Source: Vulcanimicrobiota bacterium (GTDB taxonomy: Bacteria > Vulcanimicrobiota > Vulcanimicrobiia > Vulcanimicrobiales > Vulcanimicrobiaceae). From it: a stretch of 64,000 nt of DNA. The stretch is from NCBI GenBank assembly GCA_963777315.1, contig CAVZQC010000002.1:416001-480000 (forward strand). Reading direction: 5' to 3'. The notes under the pieces are model-generated. The model searched no databases and was not told the origin of the DNA. It worked only from the letters and a program-made list of their open reading frames with translations. Made by a program: the position numbers and the translations under genes. Position 1 is the first letter of the stretch, and every line of letters starts with the position of its first letter. Positions 21,274 to 32,561 of the stretch are shown here, piece after piece.

Positions 21274-22443
21274 CTAATACGTTCCCGCGAATGCCGGTGA
21301 AAGCGAAATATCGGCTTGCCCCGTTGCGCCGGTAAGCGTTGGAGTCTGCGAGGTGTTCGTCGGCGGTTCGGCTTCGAACTGCGGATAGTCGAAGGTGGCC
21401 GCGTACACTAAATACTGATCGCCCGATGTAATCGAGACGCCCGGATGCGACGTTTGGCAGCCGGAAACCAGTACCGTGCACACGCCTAAGGTATCCGGCA
21501 AAACGAACGTCAGCGTGCCCGTACCTTTCATCGGCGGGCTGGTAAAGTACAGTTTCGCGCCGACGTCGACGATATAGATCATCGTTTCGACGATGCGCGG
21601 ATCGCTTGGAACCGCAACGGTCGCCGTACCGCCTCCCTTACCGTCGGAAACGAACGTCGGCGCAGGCAGTGCAGGCAACGGCGTGATGCTCGTGAGCGTC
21701 GCACTTGCGGTAAAGCTTGGCGAACCCGCATTGGTTGTGGCCACGACGTCGGTCAGCGTGTATTGTCCGGTTGCCGGCGCTGCGTCAAAGGCCGTAAAGC
21801 CGGTCATGTATCCGGCGAAGCTGCTGAACTCGGTGCCGTCGTTAAAGAACGGCACCGCGGGCGGACCGACGATGTACGGCTGCGGCGGGACGCCCGGCAC
21901 GCCGGGCGGCACGGCGCCTGTAACGGGAATGGTCGCGACGTAGAACGGCTCGCCCCACGCGGGATTCGGACCGCTGGCCTGGCCGGGATAAAACGCCCCG
22001 TTGCCGTTGGTATCGTTGTTGAAGTCGGCCAGACCCGATGCGAAATCGCCGCCCACGCGGCCGAACGTCGTGAGCTGCGCCGGCAGCGGAAGATACGACT
22101 GCGGTAGTGCGGTGATCGAATGCGTCCCCGCGTCGGCACCCGAACCGCCGTCGCCGTTTCCTACGCCGAAGCTCGTCGCGGGCACGGTGAACCCTGAAGG
22201 CCCGGCAATCGACGGCGTATTGACCAGCGCCGCCGACAAGCCGTTGGTTTGCCGGAACGTCGAAACGACGTTCAAGCCCGTGGTGCCGTCGGGAAGCCGC
22301 GCAGTGCCTACAGCCAACTGAATTTTGCTGCTCTGCAGAGTCGTGCCGGGCGTTTGCGTCGGCGTAAATGATCTGCCGTTCGTCAGACCGCCGCACCCGC
22401 TCAGGAACGCGCCTGCAACAATGACCGCCGCTATTCGTTTCAT
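21274..22443 (-). CDS. Hypothetical lipoprotein downstream of TonB-dependent receptor
   Basis: Lipobox LSGC; SD GGAG; Gly/Pro/Thr-rich. Confidence 0.8.
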   Translation of the reverse strand: MKRIAAVIVAGAFLSGCGGLTNGRSFTPTQTPGTTLQSSKIQLAVGTARLPDGTTGLNVVSTFRQTNGLSAALVNTPSIAGPSGFTVPATSFGVGNGDGGSGADAGTHSITALPQSYLPLPAQLTTFGRVGGDFASGLADFNNDTNGNGAFYPGQASGPNPAWGEPFYVATIPVTGAVPPGVPGVPPQPYIVGPPAVPFFNDGTEFSSFAGYMTGFTAFDAAPATGQYTLTDVVATTNAGSPSFTASATLTSITPLPALPAPTFVSDGKGGGTATVAVPSDPRIVETMIYIVDVGAKLYFTSPPMKGTGTLTFVLPDTLGVCTVLVSGCQTSHPGVSITSGDQYLVYAATFDYPQFEAEPPTNTSQTPTLTGATGQADISLSPAFAGTY

Positions 22444-22452
22444 GCGCAGCTC

Positions 22453-25400
22453 CTAAATGTGAATGGTGTAATAAACGTAGAACGTGCGTCCGATCGCGTT
22501 GGGAACGTTGATGTACGCCCCGCGCCCGTTGACCGAACCGCCGGTAGTCTGACACGTTTGCCCCGCGGACGGGTTGGGCGTGCAGTTCGTGTTGTAGCCG
22601 GTGAGCGGGCCGCCGATGCCCGTCGCGACGGGTTGATAATTGCCGTTGAGCTTCATTCCGGCCGTGCCTTGATAGTATGAAGTGCTATTGAGAATGTTGA
22701 ACGGGCCGCCGCTGATGAGCCCGAAGTCGCCGATGGGATACGTCGGTCCCGAATACGCTTCGTTGAAGAGATTGTCGATCGTGAAGCCCACGGCGCCGAC
22801 GCCGATGGTCTTTTCCAAGGTCAGTTCCGCGACCAAGTTCGCATGGGAGAGCTGGCCTTGCGGCTGATTGGATTCCGGCGTGCCCAGCGTTGCTGCAACG
22901 TTGGGTTTGAACACCGATCCGGGGTTGGACGGATCGACGAACTGCGTGTTGCCGTTGCTGAGCACGTTGCCGTTAGTGGCGTTGACGTGCGGCACGACGT
23001 AGTTCACGCCGCCGTAGCTGAAGCTGGTCAGCAATCCGTCGCCGTACGGATAGCCGTCGTCGTAGTCCAACCGCATCTGGGCTCGCCAGCCCGAATGCGT
23101 GCGATACGATGCCGCCAGCGTCGAAGTGAACGGCGAAACGTATCCCACGCGGTAGAGCCCGCTGGCCGCCAGCGGATTGAGCAAGCCGTGAAACTCGTCG
23201 GCGTTGGGCACGTTCTGGCGCACGTTATTGTACGTTGCCGAGATCTGGCCCGAAAGTCCGTACGGGTTTTCTTTGGTGAGGTAGAACTCCAGGCCGTCGG
23301 CGATTTCGAGCCCGTCGTTGGTCGGGATTGAATAGAGATAGTTTGCCACGCTGCCGTTCGGACTGATTATGACCGTGTTGAACAGCGTGCGCTGCGGAAC
23401 TTTCTCGGTGATGTCCAGATCGTAGGCTCTACGCGTCCAGCCGGTAAGCTTGACCGAAACGTTGTGCGGGAACAGATGCGAATACGACACGTCGAAGTTG
23501 CTGTACGTCACCGGTTTGAGCGGCGCGACGGGATTGCCGAAGTCGCCGTTCTGAACCGACCAGTACAACTGCTCCTGATACGATTGGCACGGCACGTTGT
23601 ATCCGGTAAAGCCGCAGTCCACCGGAATCCCGTGCGTCCCGTAATAGTCGTTCGGATCGGTGCTTCTAAAGACGCCGCCGTTGTAGTTGTAGACGTGCGT
23701 AACGGCGTACATGCCCGGATTCAAATAGGGCGCAAGGCCCGCGAACTGGCTGCCGTAGTCGAACGGCGGAGCGTAGTCGCTGGCCTGGCCTTCGGGGAAT
23801 CTCGCGGTGCGTCCGTAGGAAAAGCGAACGGCGTCGTTTGCCCCGATTTGGTAAGACGCCGCGAAGCGCGGTTCGGGAACGACGGGATTGGTTTGGTCTT
23901 TGGTCAGCGGCAGAAATACCGCTTTCGGGCAGTTTCCCGGCCCGACCGGCTTACCGTTGACGAATGCGCCCGTTTCGCCGTCCGGCAATACGCCGGGCGA
24001 AGGCGTCGCATACGCGACCGGGATGTAGTACGAGGTGCAGTCGGGCAGTCTGTCCATACGGCGGCAAGTGATACCGGTGATTTTCGATGCGCACGCCGGC
24101 GTCGATTTTCAAGCGCTGGTTGGGCGTCCACGAGTCGCCCACGCTGTAGTCGAACGACGAGCCGGTGATGCGCGTGCCCGCGCCGCCGGGAATCAGTTTG
24201 AGCGTGCCGGTCGGACCCGTAATGTTCAGCGCCTTGTACAGATGCCCGCAGTAACTGTTGCCGCTGGGATCCGATCCGAGCGGGCAGTTCGGATCGCTGG
24301 GCGAGATGAAGTCGTACAGCTCGCCGCTGCTGACTCCAAACGCCGGCACGATGTTGAAGAGCTCGTCGTTGGGGAACAGACCCTCGTTGAGCGGACGCTC
24401 GCGCAAGGTGTGCACGTTCAGACGCAGCAAGTTCTTTTCGCTCAGCTGCTTGGTCATCCCGGCGTTGAACTCCGCGTTGTAGCCGCCGATGACGCGGTAG
24501 AGCGCCGAGTTCGGACTGTCCGACGTCGTCGCGCCGTTGGTCGTGTCCGCCCCGGCATAGATGTACGTCGACGAATCCGGATTCCACGTGAACTGCAGCT
24601 TCGAACCGTTCGATATTCCGTGTTCAGAGTATTCGGGACTGCCGCCCAAGAGTTGGTACGTTTGCGTTTGGCCTGGTGAAAACACGAGCAAGCTTTGAAT
24701 CTGCTGCACGGTCAGTCCGTGCGGATTGCCGTTGAAGTCCACGACGCCGGCATAGCCTGCTCCGTTCGGATAATTGCCGGGCCCGGCGGCGAAGGCGTTA
24801 ATCTGATTTGGGTCGCACGAAAAATAGCACAGGTTTCTCGACAACGCGTCGCCGTAGCCGCCGTCGGTTTCGTGCAGGCCGGTGTTGATCAGCAACTGCA
24901 GTCCGAACTTGTCGTTGCGCCCCCACTTGTACACGGTGTTGCTGAGCAGCTCGCGATCCGTCAGATACATCGGAAAATTCTCGACCCCGATGTCGTTGGC
25001 GTTGTCGGTCCAGTACGTTCCGCCGTAGCGTGGCGCGTCGTTATGGGCGGTATAGCTCAGGTACTCAGACCAGCGCCCGTTGGGCGTTGCGATGCCGTAT
25101 CCGAAGTCGGCCGAATGGAAGAAACCCGGGCCGCCGACCCCGAGCGCCGCGTCCGCCGTTCCGGGATACGTGCCGCGGCGCGCCGTTACGTTGACCGTTC
25201 CGACGCCGGAGTTGCCGAAGGTTTCGTTCTCGCTGCCCGGGCTGAGCTGAACCGAAGCCAGGCCGAAGGCCGGAAAGTTGAAGCCGTTGATGTTGCGCTG
25301 GGTGTACGGATCCGTGTAGTTCATGCCTTCGAACTCGTAGTCGACGTTGTTCGTGCGGCCGCCGCGGATTGTCGGGTAATTGCCCGAGCTGTACTGCACG

Positions 25401-25900
25401 CCCGGCAGCGCCGTGAGCAGACTTTTCTCGCTGATGTTCAGCGGGCTGCCTTGAATCGTGCTGATTTGCGCAGGCGTCACGGTGTAGGTGTCCGCGGTTT
25501 GATGCGGTTGGAACGCCCCGCCTGCCGAGCGCACGCGCACCTCAGCGATCGTCTTGAGCGACCGGCGCATCTGCACGTTCACGGTCGAAACTTGGTCGGG
25601 GGCGACGTTCACGCCCGTTTCGGAAACCGGCTCGTAGTCGCGGATTTGAAAGCTGAGCGCATACGTGTCGGAGCTTACTCCCGCCATTGCGTAAAAGCCG
25701 CGAGCGTCCGTCACGGCGCGGTACGTTCCGCTGGGCGATACGGCCGCAACCGCAACGTCGGCCAGCGCTTTGCCCGAGGATGCGTCCGTCACGACGCCGG
25801 AGATCGTTCCAACGGTGCTGGCTGCCGCCGGAGCGCACATTTGGACGAGAAATGCCAAGCCCAGCAGTATGCCTAAAAGGCCCCGGACACGTCGGTTCAT
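22453..25900 (-). CDS. TonB-dependent receptor with N-terminal carboxypeptidase-regulatory-like domain; +1 frameshift near 24049
   Basis: Signal peptide, GTISGVVTD...TDARGFY, plug LPGV..IRGG, barrel strands, DNLFN, C-terminal TFYVYYTIHI; SD GGAGG. Confidence 0.85.
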
Positions 25901-26015
25901 CGTTTCGCCCTCCGCAAGCAGGCCGACGGCTACGTCAGCCGCCTAACACTACGTCGCGAGAGTGCCCAGCCCTGCAAACATCGGATGAAAGCACGCGCCG
26001 CAAAAAAAGTCGGAA

Positions 26016-27320
26016 TCAGTCGAGAATCAGCCGGCGGATCCCCCGCTGCGCCAGGTATGCGCGCTCGCCGGCTCGGCTGCGTAAAACGATCTGAGGACGC
26101 GCGCCCCGCTCGATGAGCTGCATGTAGCGAGCCAGCAGATCGTCCGAGCCTCGATCGGCCGAGATGACCAGCGCTTCGGGGCGGGGCAGCACCGCGGGCG
26201 GGTGCGCGTCGAACTCGCGGATGACCTCGCGAAACGCGCGCCCCAGCGGTTTGATCTTGCGGTCGTTGGTGTACAGGCCGAGATCGTATTCAAGTGCGTT
26301 GAACCCGGTGAATCGCCGGTTGACGTCGTGCGAGCACCACCACGTGATTCCGAAAACGTGGGCGCATGAAGCCGCGTTGCGAATCGAGGCTTGCGCCCAC
26401 TGCGGTATCAGGGCTTCATTCATCCACTGCTTGGAGCAGCCGTCTTCCTCTATCCAGAGCGTACGCGTACCGTGCGGCGAAAACGCCTGCATGTACTGCA
26501 GCAAAAATTCCGCGTAATGCTCGGCCGCCGCGCTGAGCGGGCCGTACGTTTTGTAGATCGGTCCGAATCCCGCCCACGGATGCACGCAGCTCGCCGCACC
26601 CGCGCGAGTGAGCGCCGCGCGCGTGAACCCTTGCGCCCGGCCGGCTTCATACGGCCATTTGTCCACGCCGTTGACGTGCAATTTCCCGGGCGCAAGGCGC
26701 TCGCAATCTGAGAGCAGCGACTCCATCCACGCATCGCCCTGCTGCGGCGTGTACTCGACTTTGAGCGGCTGGGTGAACCAATAAATCTCGTTGGCGATGT
26801 CGAAGCCCAGAAAGCGCCGATGGCCGCCGATGCGCTGCGCGAGCGCCGAAAACAAGCGCTTCTGCGCGTCGATCAAACGGGGGTCGACGATGAAATTGCC
26901 GATGCGCCCGTCCTGGTTGTCGATCAAAAACGGCGGAACGAAGAGAAAGCCGCTGAGCTGTCCGTCGAGCACGGTGACTTCGACGTCGAGCTCGGCTGCA
27001 TCCGCGTCGTCCAGGAGCATTCCCAGATGTTCGATCGGTTCGCTGCGGACGGCCGCGGCATTGGGTTGGAACACCGGCCAGAGCAGCTGAATGCGGATGT
27101 GATCCGCCTCGAGCGCGGCGATGTCGGCAAGGTCGCGGCGAATCGAGTCGCGATCCCAGTCGCCCCAGCTGTACCACCAATTCTTGGTCGGCACGTAGTT
27201 CACGCCGAAGCGTACCCGCCGTCGCGACGCCCGCGTTGCCCCCGCCGCCGGCAAGCCGGCTGCAAGCGCCGCCCCGGACGCGCCTGCGATGAACTGCGCG
27301 CGCGTGGTCGAGCGCTTCAT
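26016..27320 (-). CDS. GH5 glycoside hydrolase (resembles GH5_18 beta-mannosidases), Tat leader
   Basis: TRAQFI leader; FGVNYVP..WW.SW, DHIRI..LWP.FQPN, IANE, WIEE, TWWCSHD, LEYDLGL. Confidence 0.8.
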   Translation of the reverse strand: MKRSTTRAQFIAGASGAALAAGLPAAGATRASRRRVRFGVNYVPTKNWWYSWGDWDRDSIRRDLADIAALEADHIRIQLLWPVFQPNAAAVRSEPIEHLGMLLDDADAAELDVEVTVLDGQLSGFLFVPPFLIDNQDGRIGNFIVDPRLIDAQKRLFSALAQRIGGHRRFLGFDIANEIYWFTQPLKVEYTPQQGDAWMESLLSDCERLAPGKLHVNGVDKWPYEAGRAQGFTRAALTRAGAASCVHPWAGFGPIYKTYGPLSAAAEHYAEFLLQYMQAFSPHGTRTLWIEEDGCSKQWMNEALIPQWAQASIRNAASCAHVFGITWWCSHDVNRRFTGFNALEYDLGLYTNDRKIKPLGRAFREVIREFDAHPPAVLPRPEALVISADRGSDDLLARYMQLIERGARPQIVLRSRAGERAYLAQRGIRRLILD

Positions 27321-27364
27321 CGGACCAGGGGTTCTGCGGCGGTGCGGTATAAACATCCGACGAT

Positions 27365-28060
27365 TTGAGCGCGCCGGCGACCTTGGAAGTCATCGTCACG
27401 ACCGCAGCGGAGGCGCTGGCCGCGCAGCAATACGGAGCATCGCGCGTCGAACTGGTGGCGCATCCCGAGCGAGGAGGGCTCTCGCCGCAGCTGGGCGTCG
27501 TTCGCGCGGTTCTGGGGGCGGTCCGAATTCCGGTGCATGCCATGCTGCGTCCGCACGACCGCGGTTTCGTCTACGACGCGGCAGACCGGCGCCTGATGCG
27601 GCGCTGCGCCGCCGGTTTGGCACAAGCCGGCGTGCAGGGCATCGTGTTCGGTGCACTCGATTCCGCAGGCACGATCGACACGGAGTGTTTGAGCGAGATC
27701 GTCGACGCCGCCGCCGGCGTGCAGATGACGTTCCACCGCGCGTTCGACTTGTGCGCGCATCCAATCGACGCGTTCGAACGCCTGGCGAAATTCCCGTTGG
27801 TGACGCGAGTGCTGAGCGCGGGGTGCGCGCCCGACGCGTGGAGCGGGCGGGAATTGCTGCGCGAGCTGGTTACTCGCACGACGCCGGCGGTGTTGGCCGG
27901 CGGCGGCATAAACGCTGAAAATGCCGCCGCGTTGACGGCCTTTACGGGAGTTCGTGAAATTCACGTGGGCAGCGGCGCGCGGACTGCGGGAAGCATCGAT
28001 CCCCAAAAAATCGCGCGCCTCGCGCGTATCGTGCGCGCCGGCCGGCCGGTCAGCCCTTGA
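27365..28060 (+). CDS. cutC: CutC family protein
   Basis: GASRVEL, GGLSP, MLRP..GFVY, GIVFGAL, TFHRAFD, LAGGGI. Confidence 0.9.
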   Translation: MSAPATLEVIVTTAAEALAAQQYGASRVELVAHPERGGLSPQLGVVRAVLGAVRIPVHAMLRPHDRGFVYDAADRRLMRRCAAGLAQAGVQGIVFGALDSAGTIDTECLSEIVDAAAGVQMTFHRAFDLCAHPIDAFERLAKFPLVTRVLSAGCAPDAWSGRELLRELVTRTTPAVLAGGGINAENAAALTAFTGVREIHVGSGARTAGSIDPQKIARLARIVRAGRPVSP

Positions 28061-29240
28061 ACTGCGGGATGCAGCGCTCCATCTGTGCGAGCGCGTAATC
28101 GATGTCGTCCAGTGAAGCGGCGTACGAAAACCGCAGATAGCCTTTGCCCGCGGCCCCGAACGCCGAGCCGCCCAGACACGCAACGCCGCCGTCCTGCAGC
28201 AAAAACGCCGCCAGCGCCTTGTCGTCCGACGTAATCTTTTTGACGTTGGGAAAAGCGTAAAACGCGCCTTCAGGCATCGTGCACGACATGCCGGCAATGC
28301 GGTTGAGCCCGTTCACGAGCCTGTCGCGGCGTTCGCGAAACGTGCGGTTCATGCGCTGCACCGGCTCGTCCGTGCCCAGCAGCGCGGCAACGCCTGCATG
28401 CTGAACGAAGACCGGCGTGCACGAGAACGTGTTGTTGTTGAACAGCGTAACGGTTTGCGCCAGCTGCGCGGGCATGATCGCATAGCCCAGGCGCCATCCC
28501 GTCATCGCGTACGCTTTGGAAAACCCGTCGACGACGATCGTGCGTTCGCGCATGCCCGGAATCGTGACGATCGACGCGAACTCGCTTTCGTAAAAGTTGC
28601 GGCTGTAAATTTCGTCGGCGATGACCAGGAAGTCGTGTTTTTGCGCCATCTGCGCGATGCGTTCGAGATCGCTTTTGATGAGGACGCCGCCGGTGGGATT
28701 GTGCGGTGAATTGATCATGATCGCCCGCGTTTTATCGGAAACGCGACGTTCGAGCTCGTCCAGATCCATCCGCCAGTCTTTCTCTTCGTGCAGAGGAATC
28801 GGCGTGACGTGCGCGCCCAGATAACTCGCGCATGAAGCGTAGGCCGGATACGCGGGGTCGAAATAGACGAACTCGTCTCCCGGGTTGAGAATCGCGCTCA
28901 GGATATTCCAGATAATCGGCTTGGCGCCGGGCGCGACGACCACGTTCTCGATCGAAAACGGTTCGACTCCGCGGAATTTGGCGGCGTAATTCGCAATCAC
29001 TTCGCGAAGAGCCGGCAGCCCCGCCGACGCGGAATAATGCGTGTTGTTGTCGCGAATCGACGCGATGCCCGCTTCTTTGATGTGATCGGGCGTATCGAAA
29101 TCAGGCTCGCCGATCTCCATGTGAACCACGCGCGTGCCGCGCGCTTCCAGCGCCTTCGCGCGAGCCAGGACTTCGAACGCGCTCTCGGATCCCAGTCGCG
29201 AGACCGCGTCGGCACTTGCGAAGAGCTTGGTAGCGAGCAT
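28050..29240 (-). CDS. PLP-dependent class I aminotransferase (aspartate aminotransferase-like)
   Basis: IGEPDFDTP, NSPHNPTG, DEIY, GFSKAYAMTGWRLG, GAFYAF. Confidence 0.93.
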   Translation of the reverse strand: MLATKLFASADAVSRLGSESAFEVLARAKALEARGTRVVHMEIGEPDFDTPDHIKEAGIASIRDNNTHYSASAGLPALREVIANYAAKFRGVEPFSIENVVVAPGAKPIIWNILSAILNPGDEFVYFDPAYPAYASCASYLGAHVTPIPLHEEKDWRMDLDELERRVSDKTRAIMINSPHNPTGGVLIKSDLERIAQMAQKHDFLVIADEIYSRNFYESEFASIVTIPGMRERTIVVDGFSKAYAMTGWRLGYAIMPAQLAQTVTLFNNNTFSCTPVFVQHAGVAALLGTDEPVQRMNRTFRERRDRLVNGLNRIAGMSCTMPEGAFYAFPNVKKITSDDKALAAFLLQDGGVACLGGSAFGAAGKGYLRFSYAASLDDIDYALAQMERCIPQFKG

Positions 29241-29315
29241 CAACTGTAAACCTTTCGGTAGCGGGACAACGGAGTCAAGGGGCCGTTTGGCCTGCGGCGA
29301 AGTCCCGACCAACTC

Positions 29316-32300
29316 ATGCGCACCCTGTCTGATGTGTTTACGCCGGGATCGCCGACGCTGCCGGAAGGACTTCGAACCCTCGTCGTTTCGCCCGAGCGCG
29401 AGTTGGAACCTGGGATGACGGTGCGCGCAACGTTCACGTTCCGCAACCAAGGCGGCGCGCCGGCGACGGGCGTGCGCGTACGTTTCAACCTTCCCGACGG
29501 TTTGGTCTACCTGGTGGGCACCGGGCAGCTCGACGGCGCGGTCGTGGACGACGAACACGGCAACTCGCCCTTGCTGGCTCGCGCGGGCGCGGACATCGGC
29601 GATCTCGCGCCCGGTGAGGAGCGCCGGATCGAAGTCGCTTATAGCGTAGCGGGTGCGATCGAGAACGGCTCCGCCGTCGAGCTGCAGGCTGCCGTGGCCG
29701 CATTCGAGCTCGCGCCCGTCGGCTCGAACATCGTACGGCTGATTGCCCACAGCCGGCCGGCGCTGGACAATGCGCTGACCAACGTTGCCATCGAGTCCCG
29801 TCAGCACGAAGCGCGCGCGGGCGGCGAAGCGACGATCGCCGTTCGGGTGCACAACGCCGGCGAATCCAGCGCGCACGATCTGGTCGTCGTCGCTCCGGTT
29901 CCCGAATACACTGCATACGTTGCGAATTCCGCGCGCGTGAACGGCCGTGAGATCGAACGCGATCTGCTCGCGCCCTTCGATCGCGTGCACGCACCGGTGA
30001 TCGCCGCGACGCTCCCGGCCAGCGCGACGGTTACGCTGCAGTATCGCGTTCGCATCGACGATCCGATCGCCGACGGCACCGCCATCGCAGCGCGCGCGCA
30101 GGTCGCCTGCCAAGAAACGCAGGCCATCGATTTACAAGCCGCGACGCTGGTCGTGCGTGCGCGTGCGGATTTCGACGACGACGGTACGAACTTTTCGATC
30201 GAACCATCCTCGGACGTCGCTCCCGGCTCGCCCGTAACGCTGCGGCTGCGCGCGTACAACGCCGGAACGACGACGGCCGCCGGCGTCACCGTGACGCTCG
30301 CTTTGCCCGAAGGACTCATTCCCGTGCGCGGCGGCATTCGCATCGACGGACAGCCCGTGCGCGAACGAAAAGGCGGCGCGCAGATCTACGACTTGGGCTC
30401 GCTGAGCGCGCGCGAAAGCGCCGAATTCCTCGCGCAGGCAACGGTCGGCTCGCCCCTTGCGGACGCAACCCAGCTGCCGGTGCGCGCGACCCTTCGCTGG
30501 GAAGTGCCGGACGGGGGCGATCAGCCGGCGGAACGCGTCTTCGAACGCACCGTTGCGGTTCGATCGCAGCCCCACTTGAACGCGCGCCGCAACCGCGTCG
30601 AACGCGTCGGTACGCTAATCGTGCGTCCCGGCGAGGAATGTGAAGCAACTCTTACGCTGTCCAACGACGGAAGCGCGACGGCCGCCGACGCCGTGTTGCA
30701 TCTGCGCGTGGATCCGGCGCTCGACGACGTTCGCGTGCTGGACAAAACGGCCAAACTGGACGTCGACAACGACTCGGTCGAACTGGGCGCCCTGGAACCC
30801 TATTCCACGCGAAAGCTGACCGTGCGCGTCCGCGTGCGCACGCCCTATGCCGATCGCAGCGAGCTTCGGCTGGGTGCGAGCGTCCATACGCAGGAACTGG
30901 GTGAAACGCAACTGGGCGATGCCGTTTGGCGGATCGATTCGCATCCGGCGTTTTCGGCGCAGAGCTCCGGTTTGAGTTTGGTGCAAGACGACGTGTTTCG
31001 GCCCAATCAGCTCGTTGACGTGTTCGTGCGTCTGCGCAATGAGGGAACGGACGCGGCCCAAAACGTGCGGCTCCGGCTCTACGTTTCGCCCGAAGCGCGA
31101 CTGGAGAGCGTCGAAGGCGCGACGCGCGAGCGTTCCACGCTCGTGTTCGGCGAACTCGCGCCGGGCGGGAAGGCCGAAGCGCGTCTAGGTGTGCGTCTGC
31201 TGCGCAGTTTGGCCAAAACGCATCCCGTAACGATCGAAGCGGTGCTCAGCGCCGATGCGATGCTTCCGGTGCAGCTCAGCCCGCTGGCGGTGGTGACGAC
31301 CGCCGAGCCCAGCTTTGCAATCGGCACGCTGCGCAGCGAGCCCGAAGAGATCGTCGACGCCGGCGAAGAGATCGAGTTCATTCTGCACGTGCGCAACAGC
31401 GGCGACGGGCCGGCGCGCCGCGCGAAGATCTGCGCCGATACGCTGGATTCGCTCATCTACATTCCCAACTCCACCGCGGTAAACGATCTGCCGGTGCGCG
31501 ACGTGGGCTCGCAATCGCCGTTGACGAGCGAGCGCGGACTGGTCATGAGCGACGTGGATCCCGGGGTCGAAGCCACGATCCGCTGGCGCGAGGTCGTCAG
31601 CAACGCCGCGGGTTCGGGCGAAACGATCGTGCGGGAAGCGCGCATCACCTACGACGGCGATCGTATCGACCGGATCGCGGCGCATGAAGTCAAAGTGCGC
31701 TGCGCACCGGCCTTCGCCAACACGATAGCCGGCTTGCCGTTCGGGTTGGACGGCATGCTCGGGCCCGCGTTCGGCACGCACCAGCGGGCGCTAAGCGGAA
31801 GCGATTTCGTCGAACTGCCGCCCGCGACCCCAGTGACCGCAGCCGAGCCGCCTGCACGCGCGGTGCTCTCGCTTGCGGCCGGGAACGGCAACGGCCACGC
31901 GCAGATCGATGCCGAAGCCCACGAGCAGTATGCAAACGGTGCCGGAAACGTTCACATGCTGGTCGCGTTCGACCGCGACCGGCTCGAACGCACGCTGCGC
32001 TTTCTGTCCGAAGCGCGCTTTACCGGTTTGGTAACGCATTTGTTTGCCATTCGGGCGTTTTTCCCCGACGCGATCGGCTCGACCGCCGAAAGCGCATTAC
32101 ATGAAGTTCGCGAAACGCTGCGCGAAACGCTCGACCGGCTGTTCATCAAGCTGCGTTTGCCCAACTACGTGATCGCTCCGCGCGATCTCGAAAGCGCGTC
32201 CGCGCGTGCGGCGCTCGAAGCGCTGCTGGGATGCGTGGCGAGCAATGAGCCGGCTCCGCAGCTGGCTGGGTCGGTGATTCTCTCGGGCGCCGGCGACGAG

Positions 32301-32561
32301 AGCGAACTGCGCGCGCTGCGCGACAGGCTTTCCGAAGCTCCGCTCGCGACGGCGCTGCCGTGGGCGGCTTTGGCGCGCCTTTTGCCCGCCGACGGCGAAG
32401 GGTTGAGCCACTATCGCGAGATGCTGGTGAGCGCGCTGGACGAACTCGTGTCGTCGGACGAAACGGCGTTCGTCGACGCGCTGCAGCGGCGCCGGTACTC
32501 CGTGCTCGACGCGGCGCTCGACGTGGTGCGCGCGCAACTGGCCAACACCGCGCACGCATGA
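29316..32561 (+). CDS. Large DUF11-like repeat protein A (6 Ig-like repeats plus helical C-terminal domain)
   Basis: Six PG(E)..h.h.h.hxNxG...A..h units; no signal peptide. Confidence 0.85.
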   Translation: MRTLSDVFTPGSPTLPEGLRTLVVSPERELEPGMTVRATFTFRNQGGAPATGVRVRFNLPDGLVYLVGTGQLDGAVVDDEHGNSPLLARAGADIGDLAPGEERRIEVAYSVAGAIENGSAVELQAAVAAFELAPVGSNIVRLIAHSRPALDNALTNVAIESRQHEARAGGEATIAVRVHNAGESSAHDLVVVAPVPEYTAYVANSARVNGREIERDLLAPFDRVHAPVIAATLPASATVTLQYRVRIDDPIADGTAIAARAQVACQETQAIDLQAATLVVRARADFDDDGTNFSIEPSSDVAPGSPVTLRLRAYNAGTTTAAGVTVTLALPEGLIPVRGGIRIDGQPVRERKGGAQIYDLGSLSARESAEFLAQATVGSPLADATQLPVRATLRWEVPDGGDQPAERVFERTVAVRSQPHLNARRNRVERVGTLIVRPGEECEATLTLSNDGSATAADAVLHLRVDPALDDVRVLDKTAKLDVDNDSVELGALEPYSTRKLTVRVRVRTPYADRSELRLGASVHTQELGETQLGDAVWRIDSHPAFSAQSSGLSLVQDDVFRPNQLVDVFVRLRNEGTDAAQNVRLRLYVSPEARLESVEGATRERSTLVFGELAPGGKAEARLGVRLLRSLAKTHPVTIEAVLSADAMLPVQLSPLAVVTTAEPSFAIGTLRSEPEEIVDAGEEIEFILHVRNSGDGPARRAKICADTLDSLIYIPNSTAVNDLPVRDVGSQSPLTSERGLVMSDVDPGVEATIRWREVVSNAAGSGETIVREARITYDGDRIDRIAAHEVKVRCAPAFANTIAGLPFGLDGMLGPAFGTHQRALSGSDFVELPPATPVTAAEPPARAVLSLAAGNGNGHAQIDAEAHEQYANGAGNVHMLVAFDRDRLERTLRFLSEARFTGLVTHLFAIRAFFPDAIGSTAESALHEVRETLRETLDRLFIKLRLPNYVIAPRDLESASARAALEALLGCVASNEPAPQLAGSVILSGAGDESELRALRDRLSEAPLATALPWAALARLLPADGEGLSHYREMLVSALDELVSSDETAFVDALQRRRYSVLDAALDVVRAQLANTAHA

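Noticed and set aside
29241..30113. N-terminal extension of the aminotransferase ORF
   Set aside because: Antisense to protein A; the homologous region starts at ATG 29240, which has an SD
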